Positions 50,391 through 51,533 of a DNA stretch of 51,533 nt are shown piece by piece. Made by a program: the position numbers and the translations under genes. This stretch comes from Thermoplasmatota archaeon (GTDB lineage: Archaea; Thermoplasmatota; Thermoplasmata; UBA10834), in NCBI GenBank assembly GCA_022848805.1, contig JAJISI010000002.1, forward strand, positions 1 through 51,533, written 5' to 3'. The notes under the pieces are model-generated. The model was not told where the DNA came from, did not search any database, and saw only the letters and a list, made by a program, of their open reading frames with translations. Within the stretch, counting starts at the first letter, position 1. The number at the start of each line of letters is the position of its first letter.

Positions 50391-51533
50391 TTAGCCGAGC
50401 TTTGCTCCGACTATAGCGTTCTGGCCGACCGATATACCTCCGTCTCCGTTCGGCACTCTTTCATGGGTGAGTAGCTCGAGACCTCTGGCGCGAACGGTTC
50501 GTTCCACCCATGACGCGATAGGGTTGCTGTATGTCACCCCGCCCGTTAGCCCCACATGCCGTATGTCAGCACTCTCCGCTGTGTCGCATGCCCGTTCTGC
50601 GAGCGCTGTAACGAGAGACCTCACAAAGGAGGCTGCGGCGTCCGCCTTCTCAGCATCGGATTCGAGCCGCATGTCGAGAAGCTGTGCGAACATCGGGACT
50701 GTCTTGGCATATTCCACGCCACTCCTCTGCCCGAACTCCACATCGAAGCTCAATTCGGCGTTTCCAGCTGCGAGCCAGCGTTCGAGCTTGATCGCGGGCT
50801 CGCCTTCGTAAGTCCTCTTGCAGCACACGCCTATTATGCAGGATACTGCATCGAGGACCCGGCCCATGCTGGAGGCGGTGACGCTCTTCCCCATCAGCTT
50901 GGAATAGATGTCTGCCTCTCTCTCGTCCGCATGAGTCGTGTCCGTTCCGAGCATGAGCTGGATCGCCGTCACGACACGCCTGGGATCCAGGACCGCCCTG
51001 TCTCCGCCAAGCAGTGGGATGCCTTCGAGGGTGCAAGTCCGCTTGTATCCCGAGAAGTCAGCGAGTAGGGTCTCCCCTCCCCAGGAGGCGCCGTCGTCCC
51101 CGTAACCCGTGCCGTCCCAGACGAGGCATACGATCTGGTCGTGGATCTTGCGGTCGATCATGAGGGACGCGGCATGCGCGTGATAATGTTGTGTCTCAAT
51201 CGCGGGGCAGTCATACTCCTTCGCAAGGCGCTTCGCCATTATCTTCGTGGAGTATCTCGGGTGTTTGTCCATCGCGATCGCGTCGAAATCTTCGGTTCCG
51301 AGCAGCTTCGCCAGATGGTGGATCGCGTCGCCGAGGTAGTGCAGCGTCGGATGCTGTTGCGACTCCCCGATGTATTGGGTGAGGAATATCTCGCGGTTCC
51401 TGGTGATCGAACCCGTGACATCCCATTGCGCCCCGACACCGATCACTGCACGACCATGATTCGCTTCGAGAGGTACCGGAACGAAACCTCTCGACTTCCT
51501 CGTGAAGGCCGGCCTGCCGTCGCGCATCTTGAT
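50391..51533 (-). CDS. hypF: Carbamoyltransferase HypF, C-terminal part (5' end outside window)
   Basis: The frame is open to the window edge. Kae1/YrdC-like C-terminal region with the HYHAHAAS motif and GLTGGVTYSN. Confidence 0.88.
   Translation of the reverse strand: MKMRDGRPAFTRKSRGFVPVPLEANHGRAVIGVGAQWDVTGSITRNREIFLTQYIGESQQHPTLHYLGDAIHHLAKLLGTEDFDAIAMDKHPRYSTKIMAKRLAKEYDCPAIETQHYHAHAASLMIDRKIHDQIVCLVWDGTGYGDDGASWGGETLLADFSGYKRTCTLEGIPLLGGDRAVLDPRRVVTAIQLMLGTDTTHADEREADIYSKLMGKSVTASSMGRVLDAVSCIIGVCCKRTYEGEPAIKLERWLAAGNAELSFDVEFGQRSGVEYAKTVPMFAQLLDMRLESDAEKADAAASFVRSLVTALAERACDTAESADIRHVGLTGGVTYSNPIASWVERTVRARGLELLTHERVPNGDGGISVGQNAIVGAKLG

Noticed and set aside
1-51533. CRISPR arrays, transposases, integrases, prophage genes or rRNA genes. 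I also checked whether the two tRNAs mark an integration site.
   Set aside because: No direct-repeat/spacer array, no recombinase-like ORF and no tRNA-fragment direct repeat were seen. Genes flanking the tRNAs (prx, nadE, amidase, mobA) are ordinary metabolism genes.

Overview
This is an archaeal chromosomal window. The hallmarks, read directly from translations and RNA genes, are Elp3, CDC48/VCP, Sec61-beta, a PRC-barrel protein and two tRNAs with anticodon-loop introns. There are also A/T-rich TATA-like boxes about 30 nt upstream of genes, strong GGAGG-type ribosome-binding sites, and pervasive ATGA/TAATG start-stop overlaps.

Nt 1-27030 is mostly housekeeping. It holds elp3 (5' end cut by the window edge), two co-directional TPR proteins, and cdc48 plus a PRC-barrel gene. 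It also holds a pyruvate/2-oxoacid:ferredoxin oxidoreductase operon with a fused gamma-delta subunit, class II lysS plus a double-GNAT gene, an orphan CheY-like receiver that lacks a canonical start codon, and sec61-beta. A complete nine-gene translationally coupled histidine operon follows (hisG-D-C-H-A-B-F-IE plus a PHP phosphatase). After it come nikR, a peroxiredoxin, tRNA-Glu(CUC), nadE divergent from a nitrilase-family amidase, tRNA-Ser(GGA), mobA and hypE.

Nt 27044-51533 is entirely minus-strand and is the stand-out. It runs hypF(partial)-hypC-hypA-hypD, then a repeat-rich control region, then a ~21.3-kb 16-gene block. That block contains canonical hdrA-hdrC-hdrB-mvhD plus four further HdrA-family flavoproteins: two ~1010-aa double-HdrA fusions, one HdrA with a nested GltD/NfnB-like NAD(P)H module, and one short HdrA. 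It also contains three further MvhD domains. One is fused to HdrC-HdrB, and one is fused to an unassigned winged-helix-like domain that also occurs free-standing. The block ends with mvhG-mvhA and the hydrogenase maturation protease.

I read this block as a candidate multi-branch flavin-based electron-bifurcation system. No methanogenesis marker, CRISPR array, transposase or integrase was seen. Only hand translation, folding and alignment were possible, so all novelty statements are hypotheses that need database searches.
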